From: Verrucomicrobiota bacterium | GTDB lineage: Bacteria; Verrucomicrobiota; Verrucomicrobiia; Limisphaerales; Palsa-1400 | DNA length: 64,000 nt | Direction of reading: 5' to 3' | Assembly: GCA_049510745.1 (NCBI GenBank) | Contig: JBEKYR010000009.1 | Location: 32,001 to 96,000, forward strand | Shown here: one piece after another, positions 9,278 to 18,916 of the stretch | How positions within the stretch are numbered: position 1 is the first letter of the stretch | Layout: each line of letters opens with the position of its first letter | Program-made: the position numbers and the translations under genes | The notes under the pieces: generated by a model | Databases searched by the model: none | What the model was told of the DNA's origin: nothing | Seen by the model: the letters and a program-made list of their open reading frames with translations, nothing else

Positions 9278-10384
9278 ATGAGCACAACCAGCGACAATCG
9301 AATCGTCATGACTCTCGATGCCGGCGGCACCAATTTCCGCTTCGCCGCCATGCGGGGCCGGAAGCCTGTCACCGAAACCGTCGCCCTGCCCTCCAACGCC
9401 GACAATTTGGACCGCTGCCTGGCCAACATCGTCGAAGGCTTCGCGCGCGTCAAAAAGCAGTGCCCCAAACCTCCCGTTGCCATCAGTTTCGCCTTTCCAG
9501 GACCGGCGGATTATCCCAACGGGATCATTGGCGACTTGGGGAATTTGCCCGGATTCCGCGGCGGCGTCGCGCTCGGTCCGATGCTGCGGGAACAGTTCGG
9601 CATTCCGGTGTTCATCAATAACGATGGCGACCTGTTTGTTTACGGCGAAGCGATCGCCGGCCTTTTGCCGCACGTCAACGGACTGCTCAAAAAGGCCGGC
9701 AGCCCCAAGCGGTACAACAATCTTTTCGGCGTCACCCTCGGCACCGGCTTCGGAGGCGGCCTTGCGCGCAACGGCGAATTATTTATTGGCGACAACTCCA
9801 TCGCCGGCGAAGTCTGGCTGTTGCGCCACAAATTGCAGCCGCGGATGAACGCCGAGGAAGGGGCCAGCATCCGCGCCGTGCGCCGTGTTTATGCGGAGAA
9901 GGCCGGCTTGCCTTTCGACCAGGCACCGGAACCCAAGGCCATTTACGACATCGGCCTTGGCAAGGCGCCCGGCGACAAAGCCGCCGCGCTGGAGGCGTTT
10001 CGTCAATTGGGCGAAGTCGTCGGCGACGCGCTGGGCCACGCCCTGACGCTGGTGGATGGGTTGGCGGTCATTGGCGGCGGGCTTTCCGGGGCGGCGCCGC
10101 TGTTTTTGTCGGCGCTCACGGCGGAACTAAACAGCACCTACACCGGCCCGAATGGAAATCAATTTCGCCGGCTCGCCTCCCAGGCCTTCAACCTCGAAGA
10201 CCCCGCGCAATTGAAAAAATTTCTCGCCGGCGAAACACGCCTTATCACTGTCCCCGGCGGCAAGCGCAAAGTGAAGTACGACCCCTTGCCGCGCGTCGGC
10301 GTCGGCCTCTCGCGCCTTGGCACCAGTGAAGCGGTCGCCGTCGGCGCGTGCGCCTTTGCCCTGCGCAAACTGGACCAGGCCTGA
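9278..10384 (+). CDS. ROK family sugar kinase
   Basis: TLDAGGTN, FPGP, PVFINND, TLGTGFGGG, AGE; start MSTTSDN at 9278. Confidence 0.88.
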   Translation: MSTTSDNRIVMTLDAGGTNFRFAAMRGRKPVTETVALPSNADNLDRCLANIVEGFARVKKQCPKPPVAISFAFPGPADYPNGIIGDLGNLPGFRGGVALGPMLREQFGIPVFINNDGDLFVYGEAIAGLLPHVNGLLKKAGSPKRYNNLFGVTLGTGFGGGLARNGELFIGDNSIAGEVWLLRHKLQPRMNAEEGASIRAVRRVYAEKAGLPFDQAPEPKAIYDIGLGKAPGDKAAALEAFRQLGEVVGDALGHALTLVDGLAVIGGGLSGAAPLFLSALTAELNSTYTGPNGNQFRRLASQAFNLEDPAQLKKFLAGETRLITVPGGKRKVKYDPLPRVGVGLSRLGTSEAVAVGACAFALRKLDQA

Positions 10385-10399
10385 AAGGGATTCGCTCCC

Positions 10400-11821
10400 A
10401 TGAATCGAAGAGAGTTTATCCGCAACACCTCCCTGATTGCTTCCACCGCCGTGCTGGGCTTGGCCGCCGGAGCCGCTCAATCGCAATTCCCGGTCGTGCG
10501 CGTGCCCGAAGCCAAGCGGCGTTTCAAGAGCGTGGCAGTCGAGCGCGCCATCGCCCGCGTCAAATCGTCCATCGGCAACAAGGAGCTGGCGTGGATGTTC
10601 GAGAATTGTTTTCCGAACACACTCGACACGACGGTCGATTTTGAAATGATCGACGGCCGGCCCGACACTTACGTCATCACCGGCGACATCGACGCCATGT
10701 GGCTGCGCGACAGCTCGGCGCAGGTCTGGCCGTATCTTCCGTTGACAAAGGAGGACGATGCCTTGCGGCAGCTCATCGCCGGCGTCATCAACCGGCAGAC
10801 GCGATGCATTTTAAAAGACCCCTACGCCAACGCCTTTTACAAGGACGAAACGAAAATCAGCGAGTGGAAGAGCGACGCGACCGAGATGAAGCCAGGCGTT
10901 CACGAGCGCAAATGGGAAATTGATTCGCTCTGTTACACCATCCGGCTGGCGCACGCCTACTGGAAAACGACCGGCGACACCGCCCCTTTCGACGACAAAT
11001 GGCGCGAGGCCGTTTTGCGCATTCCGCAAACCTTTCGCGAGCAGCAACGCAAGCACGACCGCGGGCCGTATCACTTCCAGCGGAACACTTCCACGCCCAC
11101 GGACAGTTTGCCCGGAGGCGGTTACGGCAATCCCGCCAACCCGGTGGGCCTGATTTTCTCCATGTTTCGCCCCAGCGACGACGCGACCATTTTCCCCTTC
11201 CTGGTGCCGTCGAATTATTTCGCGGTCGTCAGCTTGCGTCAGGCCGCCGATATGCTGGAACAAATCCGCCGCGACCCGGCCGCCGCCGCGGATTGCCGCG
11301 CGCTGGCCGGAGAAGTCGAGGAGGCCCTGCGCCAATACGCCGTGGCCAATCCTTTGGGATTTGGAAACATCTACCCCTACGAAGTCGATGCCTATGGCGA
11401 CTTCTACTGCATCGACGACGGCAACATTCCCAGCCTGCTCTCGCTCCCGTATCTGGGCGCGGTCAGAACGGACGACCCGCTTTACGTCAACACGCGGCGG
11501 TATGTTCTGTCCCCGTGCAATCCTTATTACTGCAAAGGCAAAGCCGCCGAAGGGCCGGGCGGCCCGCACGTCGGCAGGGACATGATTTGGCCCCTGGGCA
11601 TCATCACCCGCGCTCTGACCAGCACGGACGACCGGGAAATCCGCGCCTGCCTGGAGACGTTGCGCCAGACGCACGCCGGGACCGGTTTCATGCACGAAGC
11701 TTTCCACAAGGACGACCCGAAGAAATTCACCCGTTCCTGGTTCGCCTGGGCCAACACCATCTTCGGCGAATTGGTCCTGAACACATTTCAGCAACGTCCG
11801 CACCTGTTGCCCAAATCCTAA
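10400..11821 (+). CDS. GH125 exo-alpha-1,6-mannosidase with Tat signal
   Basis: MNRREFIR twin-arginine signal; FENCFPNTLDTTV, ITGDIDAMWLRDS, HERKWEIDSL, FRPSDDA, FAWAN. Confidence 0.93.
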   Translation: MNRREFIRNTSLIASTAVLGLAAGAAQSQFPVVRVPEAKRRFKSVAVERAIARVKSSIGNKELAWMFENCFPNTLDTTVDFEMIDGRPDTYVITGDIDAMWLRDSSAQVWPYLPLTKEDDALRQLIAGVINRQTRCILKDPYANAFYKDETKISEWKSDATEMKPGVHERKWEIDSLCYTIRLAHAYWKTTGDTAPFDDKWREAVLRIPQTFREQQRKHDRGPYHFQRNTSTPTDSLPGGGYGNPANPVGLIFSMFRPSDDATIFPFLVPSNYFAVVSLRQAADMLEQIRRDPAAAADCRALAGEVEEALRQYAVANPLGFGNIYPYEVDAYGDFYCIDDGNIPSLLSLPYLGAVRTDDPLYVNTRRYVLSPCNPYYCKGKAAEGPGGPHVGRDMIWPLGIITRALTSTDDREIRACLETLRQTHAGTGFMHEAFHKDDPKKFTRSWFAWANTIFGELVLNTFQQRPHLLPKS

Positions 11822-11840
11822 GACGGGCGCGAGACATTCA

Positions 11841-11979
11841 GGGGAGTACACGCGCCCTCGCGTGTCGTGGCCGGCGCCCTCGCCAGCCACATCTTTGAAT
11901 CTTATACACTTCCTATGGAATTTGGGGATGCCATCGGCGAGGGCGCCGATGGCGACACGCGAGGGCGCGTGTGCTCCCC
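11841..11979. repeat. REPIN-like inverted pair (REP family 2, GGAG type)
   Basis: GGGGAGTACACGCGCCCTCGCGTGTCG... pairs with ...CGACACGCGAGGGCGCGTGTGCTCCCC across an AT-richer spacer. Confidence 0.8.
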
Positions 11980-12065
11980 GATCCGCAGCCGTCCTTTCGT
12001 TACGCGAGGATCAGGGCTGCTGGATTGACACTGGAGCGCCATAATGCATCAGTGGTTTGCAGAGG

Positions 12066-12141
12066 TGGTGGGCCCGGCAGGATTTGAACCTGCGACCAAG
12101 CGATTATGAGTCGCCTGCTCTGACCCCTGAGCTACGGGCCC
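12066..12141 (-). tRNA. tRNA-Ile2 (CAT anticodon, lysidine type)
   Basis: GGGCCCGTAGCTCAGGGGTCAGAGCAGGCGACTCATAATCGCTTGGTCGCAGGTTCAAATCCTGCCGGGCCCACCA; the anticodon arm GGCGACTCATAATCGCT matches the E. coli ileX type; CCA encoded. Confidence 0.92.
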
Positions 12142-12726
12142 AACCCGTGCAGAACAGAGGCAGTTTAAACCACAAAGAGCGCAAAGACCACAAAGAAACG
12201 AAGGGGGGCGGTTTGAACGAGTCAAAGGCCAAACGGCGGGCTGGCGACTGTCACGAACTGTCAAAGTTTGGCGATTCGTGCGACGTGACGCTGGAGCGCG
12301 GCGGGTGCGGTGGCTCGCTTGAAGATGAACTCTGCCCCGATGAAATCAGAGTTTGGACACCCCAAGACGCCTCCCCTGCGGTGTTCGCCCCATTAAGGGG
12401 GTAGCGCGCCAGAGGCTGTCGCGCTAGAGGCTTGACTTTGGGTGCTGGCAGCGATAATTTCCGCGGCAAATGAAGCGCGAACCCTTGGCGGGCTTGGCCC
12501 CTCTGACTGTCACTGACTGTCAATAATGTGGCAATGCTAGGAACCGACCCCTTTACGACCCCTTTAAGGCAATACGCCAAAAAAACCAGCCGGGCCACGG
12601 GGCAACTTTCCAATCGACCTTCCGGGCTACGGGGCGGGCCGACCGGTGGAAATGGCGAAAAGCTCGGAGACCTCCAATTGATTTTGCTTGCCGGGTCACG
12701 TACGGCGATGTAAATTTGAAGCCGCA

Positions 12727-13302
12727 ATGGCAACAGCCGGTACATTTCTCAGTTGGTCTCAAGTCGTGGACGATGGTCTCAAGATTGGGCTTGCCGCTCT
12801 CATTGGTGGTTTATCTGCGCTTCTCGTGGCGTGGATCAACAACAGAAGCAACATCCAAAAACTACAATTCGAGCGCAGAACAAAAATGCTCACTGACGCT
12901 GCGCAATTATACGAAGCGCTCTTCCAGAGTTTCCTTAAATACAGTTGGACGTTGCCGAAGATAGCAGCGATGGTCGCAACTTCGGTCAAGGAAAATGCCG
13001 TTGAAGTCAAACGGAAAATGGTGGCGGATAAGGCATCTGAGGGTGTTCAACTACGGATGCACATGATGGAAAAACTTCAGGAAAGCTTATCGGCACAGTG
13101 GCTTTTTATTGTCCTCAAGGAGGAGGCGTGTAAAGAGCGGGCGGCTGCTTTGCACCAGGCCATCACATATGCTGACGAATCCTATAAATTTGACGGCAAA
13201 TCTTATGATCTTACTCGATTCGATGAGACGTCCATCGTTGTCAGAGATGCACGTGAGGAGTTCTTCAAGGAAATGCAAAAGGCTTTTGACAGAAGGGCGT
13301 GA
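12727..13302 (+). CDS. Hypothetical protein with N-terminal TM helix
   Basis: Low-[25 protein letters not shown] followed by a helical domain. Confidence 0.7.
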   Translation: MATAGTFLSWSQVVDDGLKIGLAALIGGLSALLVAWINNRSNIQKLQFERRTKMLTDAAQLYEALFQSFLKYSWTLPKIAAMVATSVKENAVEVKRKMVADKASEGVQLRMHMMEKLQESLSAQWLFIVLKEEACKERAAALHQAITYADESYKFDGKSYDLTRFDETSIVVRDAREEFFKEMQKAFDRRA

Positions 13303-13323
13303 TCCACACTAACGAGTTATCTT

Positions 13324-13932
13324 ATGCAAGCATACAAAAGCAACAGTTTGAGCCGCATGATCTTCATGGCCTCTATTACCGTGTTCCCTTTTCTAGCGGG
13401 CTGCGGAAACGATCAAAAAGAAGTGAAGAACACCTATGAGTTGCTCAACGCTGGCGGCGGACTGGTTTACAGAATGAATAAAGGTTCAGGGGAAGTTACC
13501 CTGATTGTGGGACCAGAGATTCGCAAATTAGAGGAGGGGACAGGGACGAAACCAGGACAACCAAAGGCGAACTATTTGACCGAGTGGCCAGCAGCGACTA
13601 ACAGTCAGCTTGGCGGCATCACGCTCAAACTTCGCACGAATTGGCGAGAGGGAAATATGTTTTACATCTTCGAGGTCTCGCCTTACCTGGGCCGTGTCCA
13701 GACAGAGCATGACAAGGGGGCGACGACAGAAGCTCGGTTCATTTTGAACTTTTACGACTCGGATGGATTTCAGTTGCTCAGAATCCCCGTCCAGTTATCG
13801 CAGATGGAGAAAACCGTAGATGCCGACGGGAAGCCAACCTCTGTGAGTGTGAATACTACCATTGCCTGTTCTGCCGCAACATATGAGGCAATTAAAATCT
13901 GGTCCGCTGGATGGGCAGGATTTGGGCCTTGA
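13324..13932 (+). CDS. Hypothetical lipoprotein
   Basis: FLAGC lipobox; low GC; 21 nt after the previous ORF. Confidence 0.7.
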   Translation: MQAYKSNSLSRMIFMASITVFPFLAGCGNDQKEVKNTYELLNAGGGLVYRMNKGSGEVTLIVGPEIRKLEEGTGTKPGQPKANYLTEWPAATNSQLGGITLKLRTNWREGNMFYIFEVSPYLGRVQTEHDKGATTEARFILNFYDSDGFQLLRIPVQLSQMEKTVDADGKPTSVSVNTTIACSAATYEAIKIWSAGWAGFGP

Positions 13933-14263
13933 CTCGGAATTCGGAAAGGCAATTCGAGAACGTCACTCCAAGAAAACTGAGGGTTAAGCGCAATTGTCAA
14001 TCCTGTGGATGACAAAAACCACCAAAAGTCGGTCGTACAGACGGCGCATTCACAAGCTGCAATATACTTGACTTGTCGGAGCGTTGTCTGAGCGGAGCGA
14101 CTCGCTGGCATGTCGCCGGTGTTGCGAGGGGTATTTGGGCGCGACACAGGCGACTTGCCCATAAATGGAGCGAAGCGGAATGATTCCAATGGCGCAAGCC
14201 GTCCCTGGTGGTAGCGGCATTGGCCCCAGGGTTGCGAGGGCAGCCGGGGCGCAATGCTGGGGA

Positions 14264-14354
14264 TCCGCCTTCGTCAAGACTTCCGCCTTCGTTAAAACTA
14301 TGGCGGACAAGACGGCGGGACAGGTCCTCCTTCGCCAAGGCTTTGGAGGACAGG
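14264..14354 (+). repeat. REP-like family 1: nested pair plus tandem unit
   Basis: Outer 14264-14281 + 14312-14324; inner 14282-14311 TCCGCCTTCGTTAAAACTATGGCGGACAAG; tandem unit 14325-14354. Confidence 0.85.
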
Positions 14355-14441
14355 CGGGAACGCGCAGCGGCGAAAATTCAGGGCGACAAAAGGCGCGTCA
14401 AATCTCTTGCGGTTCAAACGCTCTAAAGCTATTGTGAATCC

Positions 14442-14657
14442 ATGCCTGCGGTCACTCTGAAAGCGCATTTTAACGGAAAGCAGATCGTTTTGGATGAACC
14501 ATTCGACCTGCCGCCTGATTCACCGCTCATGGTCACGGTCATGCCAAAGGAAGATTCCACCGAAGATGCCCAGTGGCACAGCCTGGCTGCTGGCGCGCTG
14601 GCGAGGGCGTATGGGAACGATGAACCGGACTATTCTGCCGCTGACGTTAAGCGATGA
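14442..14657 (+). CDS. Antitoxin (AF2212/DUF104-like)
   Basis: Small protein, N-terminal LKAHFNGKQIVLDEP beta motif, acidic tail YGNDEPDY; ATGA overlap with the toxin. Confidence 0.7.
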   Translation: MPAVTLKAHFNGKQIVLDEPFDLPPDSPLMVTVMPKEDSTEDAQWHSLAAGALARAYGNDEPDYSAADVKR

Positions 14658-15004
14658 AGGAGGGCGACATCGTCCTGGCGCTGCTGCCGCAGACGGATGG
14701 ACGGGGCAAGTATCGTCCTGCGGTGGTATTGCGGCGGATGCCTAGGTTCGGCGATCTGCTGGTGTGCGGCGTCAGCGCCCAACTTCGGCAGCAGGTTGCT
14801 GATTTTGACGAGATAATTGAACCATCCCACGCTGATTTCAAAACGAGCGGCCTCAAAGCCTCATCCCTGATTCGGCTGGGTTTCCTGGCGGTTCTCCCTG
14901 TCAGCAGCTTTCTCGGAACAATCGGTTTCATTTCAGCCCAGCGGCATCAACGTCTTCTTTCCAGGCTTTCCGAGTATTTGGCAAAATCTGATTCTGTAAT
15001 CTGA
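14654..15004 (+). CDS. PemK/MazF-family toxin
   Basis: GDIVL..LPQTDG..KYRPAVVL, GLKASSLIR, IGFIS. Confidence 0.85.
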   Translation: MKEGDIVLALLPQTDGRGKYRPAVVLRRMPRFGDLLVCGVSAQLRQQVADFDEIIEPSHADFKTSGLKASSLIRLGFLAVLPVSSFLGTIGFISAQRHQRLLSRLSEYLAKSDSVI

Positions 15005-15058
15005 TACTGTTTGCCGATTTTGGGGCAGATTCGTGATGAGTCAGGCAGACAAGGGCAT

Positions 15059-15107
15059 GCCTTCGGCGAGGCGCCGAAGGCTGCGGGCGAGGGCGCCCGC
15101 GCTGCCC
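15059..15107 (-). repeat. Single arm of REP family 2
   Basis: GCCTTCGGCGAGGCGCCGAAGGC-TGCGGGCGAGGGCGCCCGCGCTGCCC, same two-hairpin layout as 11930-11979. Confidence 0.65.
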
Positions 15108-15129
15108 AATCCTTCTGCATCGTTCCGGC

Positions 15130-15471
<342 letters not shown>

Positions 15472-15496
15472 TTATTCCAATTCTTGCTCATTGGAA

Positions 15497-16870
15497 TCAA
15501 TCGCGGGGAGACGAGCCTTTGTCAGTCAAGTGAAAATCCGGATAGCATTCCGCGCCCATCTCCGGCAGGTCCAACCCGGCCATCTCGTCCTCGTGCCGGC
15601 TGCGCAACGGCGTGATCCACCCGGAGACCTTGAACCAGGCCCAGGCCGACAATCCCGCGAAAATCAAACAAGCCGCCGCGCCCACCAGTTGCGCCACCAG
15701 TTGCGAGCCGTCGTTGGACGGAGCGCCAAAAAGCGTCCCAAACAACCCCGTCACGCCGGTTTCGACGCCGTTTTTGCCGGCGTCATGAACTCCGTTCCAG
15801 CCGGCGCCATAGCTGCCGTCCGCCAGCAGCCCCAGGCTCAGAACGCCCCAGGCGCCGCCCACGCCATGCACGGAAACGGCTCCCACCGGGTCATCCACTT
15901 TCATCGTCCCTTCCAGAAAGAGCACGGAATAGACGACCAGCACGCCGGCGACCGCGCCGATGATGGCCGCGCCCGCGGAATTGACAAAAGCGCATGGCCC
16001 GGAGATGGCGACCAGGCCGGCCAGCAAGCCGTTGCAAATCATCGACGGGTCCGGTTTGCGGAATTTCATCGTCACCACCATGTAAGCCGCCGCCGCGCCG
16101 GCGGCGCAGGCGAGCAGGGTATTGACGGCGATGAGCGGGGCGCGCGCGGGGGCGTTGAGCAAGGACGGCCCGATGGTGAAACCGAACCAGCCGGCTGTCA
16201 GCAGCAAGGTCCCGAAGATGACGCACGTCAGATTATGTCCCGGCATGGGGCGCGGGCGGCCGTCGCGGGTGTATTTGCCCAAACGCGGTCCGAGGGCGGT
16301 CGCGCCCATCAACCCCGCCACGCCACCGGCCATGTGGATGACGGAGGAGCCGGCAAAATCGACAAAGCCGTGGCCCATGCCGAGGTTTTGGCCCAGTTGC
16401 GCCAGCCAACCGCCGCCCCAGACCCAGTTGCCGAATAAGGCGACGGGCAGCGCCGCGCTCCACAATCCGTAAGGCACCACGCTGGCAAAGCGCCAACGCT
16501 CGGCCATGACGCCGGCGGGAATCAGCGCCGCAATGGCCACCACGGCCGCCTGAAAGAAAAAGAGGCAAAGGGCCGCCGGGTCCCCGCCGACGCCGCTAAG
16601 GAAAAACCCGCGATGCCCCATCAGTCCGAAAGGATGCCCAAAAAGACTGATCGACCATTCGCCGTCCGGCGTGGAGCCGCCACCCGACAGGAGCGCGAAG
16701 CCGCAGACCCAAAAGCCGAGCACGCTCAGGGGGAAGAGGACCAGATTCATGCTGATGACCTGCGCGGCGTTCCTGGCCCGGCATAAACCTGTGACGAGCA
16801 AGGCGAACCCGCCCTGCATGAGCAGCACGAGCACGCCTGCCAGAACGACCGCTGTTATGTTAAGAGACAC
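15497..16870 (-). CDS. amt: Ammonium transporter (Amt family) with substitutions at conserved pore residues
   Basis: WVWGGGWL, DFAGSSVIH, GPRLGKY, WFGF, NGLLAGLVAIS, DDPVGAVSVH, E..GLDLPEMG; GTG start with AGGAG RBS. Confidence 0.9.
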   Translation of the reverse strand: MSLNITAVVLAGVLVLLMQGGFALLVTGLCRARNAAQVISMNLVLFPLSVLGFWVCGFALLSGGGSTPDGEWSISLFGHPFGLMGHRGFFLSGVGGDPAALCLFFFQAAVVAIAALIPAGVMAERWRFASVVPYGLWSAALPVALFGNWVWGGGWLAQLGQNLGMGHGFVDFAGSSVIHMAGGVAGLMGATALGPRLGKYTRDGRPRPMPGHNLTCVIFGTLLLTAGWFGFTIGPSLLNAPARAPLIAVNTLLACAAGAAAAYMVVTMKFRKPDPSMICNGLLAGLVAISGPCAFVNSAGAAIIGAVAGVLVVYSVLFLEGTMKVDDPVGAVSVHGVGGAWGVLSLGLLADGSYGAGWNGVHDAGKNGVETGVTGLFGTLFGAPSNDGSQLVAQLVGAAACLIFAGLSAWAWFKVSGWITPLRSRHEDEMAGLDLPEMGAECYPDFHLTDKGSSPRD

Positions 16871-16888
16871 TGTTTTGCTCCTGGGTTA

Positions 16889-16904
16889 AGCATGGCGAAT
16901 GCCA
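16889..16904 (-). promoter_or_regulatory. sigma54 -24/-12 promoter upstream of amt
   Basis: Minus strand TGGCATTCGCCATGCT = GG-N10-GC; very close to the RBS. Confidence 0.55.
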
Positions 16905-17030
16905 GCGATATTGAACTGCGTCAATTGGGTCACAAGTCAAGTGTTTATGGCTGGATTTGGCCATTAACGGCCAGTGCGGCCCCCGCGCCAAAGCCATCAG
17001 TGTGTTCAAATTTCGCCAGAAACGATCCCG

Positions 17031-18821
17031 CTACTTGCCCTTATGTTTGAAATACAAAAACAGCAGGAGGAAGATCACCACCTGCGCCAGCGCAAAAAGC
17101 AGGATCAGCGGCAAGAGGCGAAAACGGCTTTTCCATAATTGCGGCGATTGCAGGTTCCGAAACCGTCCCACCAACTCGACCTTTTCGTAATCGTCCAGTT
17201 CCGCCTTCATCTCCTGGGCGGTCGCATAACGGTTGGCCGGGTCCCGCTCCATGGCGTGCAAAATGATTTCCTCGACCGCCGGAGTCATCTTGGGGTTGAC
17301 CTTGCGCGGCGCGACCGGATCGCCGGTCAGGCGGGCGTTCATCACGGCGTAGGGACTCTCGCCCTCGAAGGGAGTCGAGCCGGCGCACATTTCGTAGAGG
17401 ATCGCGCCGAGGGCGTAGAGGTCGGTGCGTTCGTCGCCGCGTTTGCCCTTGACCTGTTCGGGGGCCATGTAATCGGGCGTGCCCATGCTGGGGGAAAAAC
17501 CGACAAAAGTGAGACGGCGCGCCTTCAAGGATTTGGCGATGCCAAAATCCATGATGCGAATGCTGCCGTCGTTGCAAATCATGATGTTCTGCGGCTTGAG
17601 ATCGCGATGCACGATTTTGTGAAAGTGCATGTAGTCCAGGGCTTCGCAAATCCGGCTGGCGATTTTCACCGCATCCGGCTCGGGCAGGGGATGGACCTCG
17701 CGCAGGAGGGCGGCGAGCGTCTGGCCCTGCAAGTATTCCATCACGATGTAGGGGCGGCTCTTCTCCTCCGGCGGGACGGCGAAAATCCTGAGGATGTAGG
17801 GATGGGTGAGAGTCTTGCCGATTTCCTCCTCGCGATCAAACCGGGAGAAGGCCGCGGGATCGCTCTCAAATTGCATGAGGGGAATTTTAAGGGCGACGGT
17901 CAGGCCGGTTTTGAGATCGTTGGCCTTGAAAATGGAGGCCATGCCGCTGCGATTGATCAGATCGGTGATCTCGAAGCGGTCGTCCAGCACCTGGCCGGGT
18001 TGGATTTCATTGCTCACAGAGGGGGTGCTTGCTTTGACGTAATAGGGCGCGCCGCGATAAAAATGGCGTTGTTCAATCTCATTAATGCGGATCAGTTGAA
18101 CCGAAACATTGTCTTCCGCCCCCCGCTTTTCGGCCAGCGCGATCAATTCCGCGCAGGCCTGCTCCGGGGCAAGGTGCCCCGCAACATCGCAAATCTCATC
18201 GTCCAGCACAACGGAATAAAGTCCGTCGGTGCATTGCACCAGTACGTCTCCCTTGGCCAGCGTTTCTCTGAAGACGTCATAGGCGCAGATCAAATCCTGC
18301 CCGATGCTGCGCGTAATCATGGAGCGCATGGGACTGGCCATGGCGTCGCGTTCCTTGACCAGCCCCAATTTGACCTGGAGAGCGACATAGCTGTGATCGG
18401 AGGTCAAGCGCCGCAGCGTCCCGTTGCGAATCAAATAGACCCGCGAATCTCCCACATGCCCGATCGAGATTTCATCATTTCGAAAAATCGAAACCGTCAA
18501 GGTTGTCGCCATGCGCCCTTCCTCGTGGTGATGCATCGAGGCGTCATAGACCAGCTTGTTGGCCTCGTTGAAGATTTTGCGCAGCAAATCGGCCGGCTCC
18601 GCTTCCGCCAGGGTTCCCTTGAAGGCGTTGACCGCGCTTTGCACCGCAAGCTGACTGGCCACTTCGCCCCGTCCGGTGCCCCCCACCCCGTCGGCAATCA
18701 CAGCCGCAATGCCCACCGTCCGCACCAGTTCCGGCGTCTCCGGCTGCCAGAATCCGACGCAGTCCTCATTTTTTTCGCGCACCGGGCCGGCGATGGACAC
18801 TTGGGCGTAAGTCAAATCCAT
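17031..18821 (-). CDS. Bifunctional PP2C phosphatase-Ser/Thr kinase with C-terminal TM anchor
   Basis: REKNED, ADGVGG, HVGDSRVY, CTDGL, EDNVS (PP2C); VALK, HRDLKPQN, DFG, GTPDYMAPE (kinase); hydrophobic C-terminus. Confidence 0.93.
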   Translation of the reverse strand: MDLTYAQVSIAGPVREKNEDCVGFWQPETPELVRTVGIAAVIADGVGGTGRGEVASQLAVQSAVNAFKGTLAEAEPADLLRKIFNEANKLVYDASMHHHEEGRMATTLTVSIFRNDEISIGHVGDSRVYLIRNGTLRRLTSDHSYVALQVKLGLVKERDAMASPMRSMITRSIGQDLICAYDVFRETLAKGDVLVQCTDGLYSVVLDDEICDVAGHLAPEQACAELIALAEKRGAEDNVSVQLIRINEIEQRHFYRGAPYYVKASTPSVSNEIQPGQVLDDRFEITDLINRSGMASIFKANDLKTGLTVALKIPLMQFESDPAAFSRFDREEEIGKTLTHPYILRIFAVPPEEKSRPYIVMEYLQGQTLAALLREVHPLPEPDAVKIASRICEALDYMHFHKIVHRDLKPQNIMICNDGSIRIMDFGIAKSLKARRLTFVGFSPSMGTPDYMAPEQVKGKRGDERTDLYALGAILYEMCAGSTPFEGESPYAVMNARLTGDPVAPRKVNPKMTPAVEEIILHAMERDPANRYATAQEMKAELDDYEKVELVGRFRNLQSPQLWKSRFRLLPLILLFALAQVVIFLLLFLYFKHKGK

Positions 18822-18863
18822 GTGGCATCCTGATAGGAAACATTTTTTCGGTCAAGACGGCAA

Positions 18864-18893
18864 ACCGGTTGCCTCAGCGGAGGCAACCGGCTT
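18864..18893. other. Intergenic GC hairpin between APC permease and PP2C-kinase
   Basis: CCGGTTGCCTC-agcg-GAGGCAACCGG; no U-tract on the minus strand. Confidence 0.5.
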
Positions 18894-18916
18894 GTTGGTC
18901 CTTGCGGAGAATCAGG

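Noticed and set aside
12066..12141. tRNA-Met call; tRNA-anchored integrative island
   Set aside because: The body matches the Ile2 type and lacks initiator features; no integrase or duplicated tRNA 3' end was seen
12727..13932. Integron cassette array
   Set aside because: The 21-nt intergenic gap cannot hold an attC site, and there is no intI
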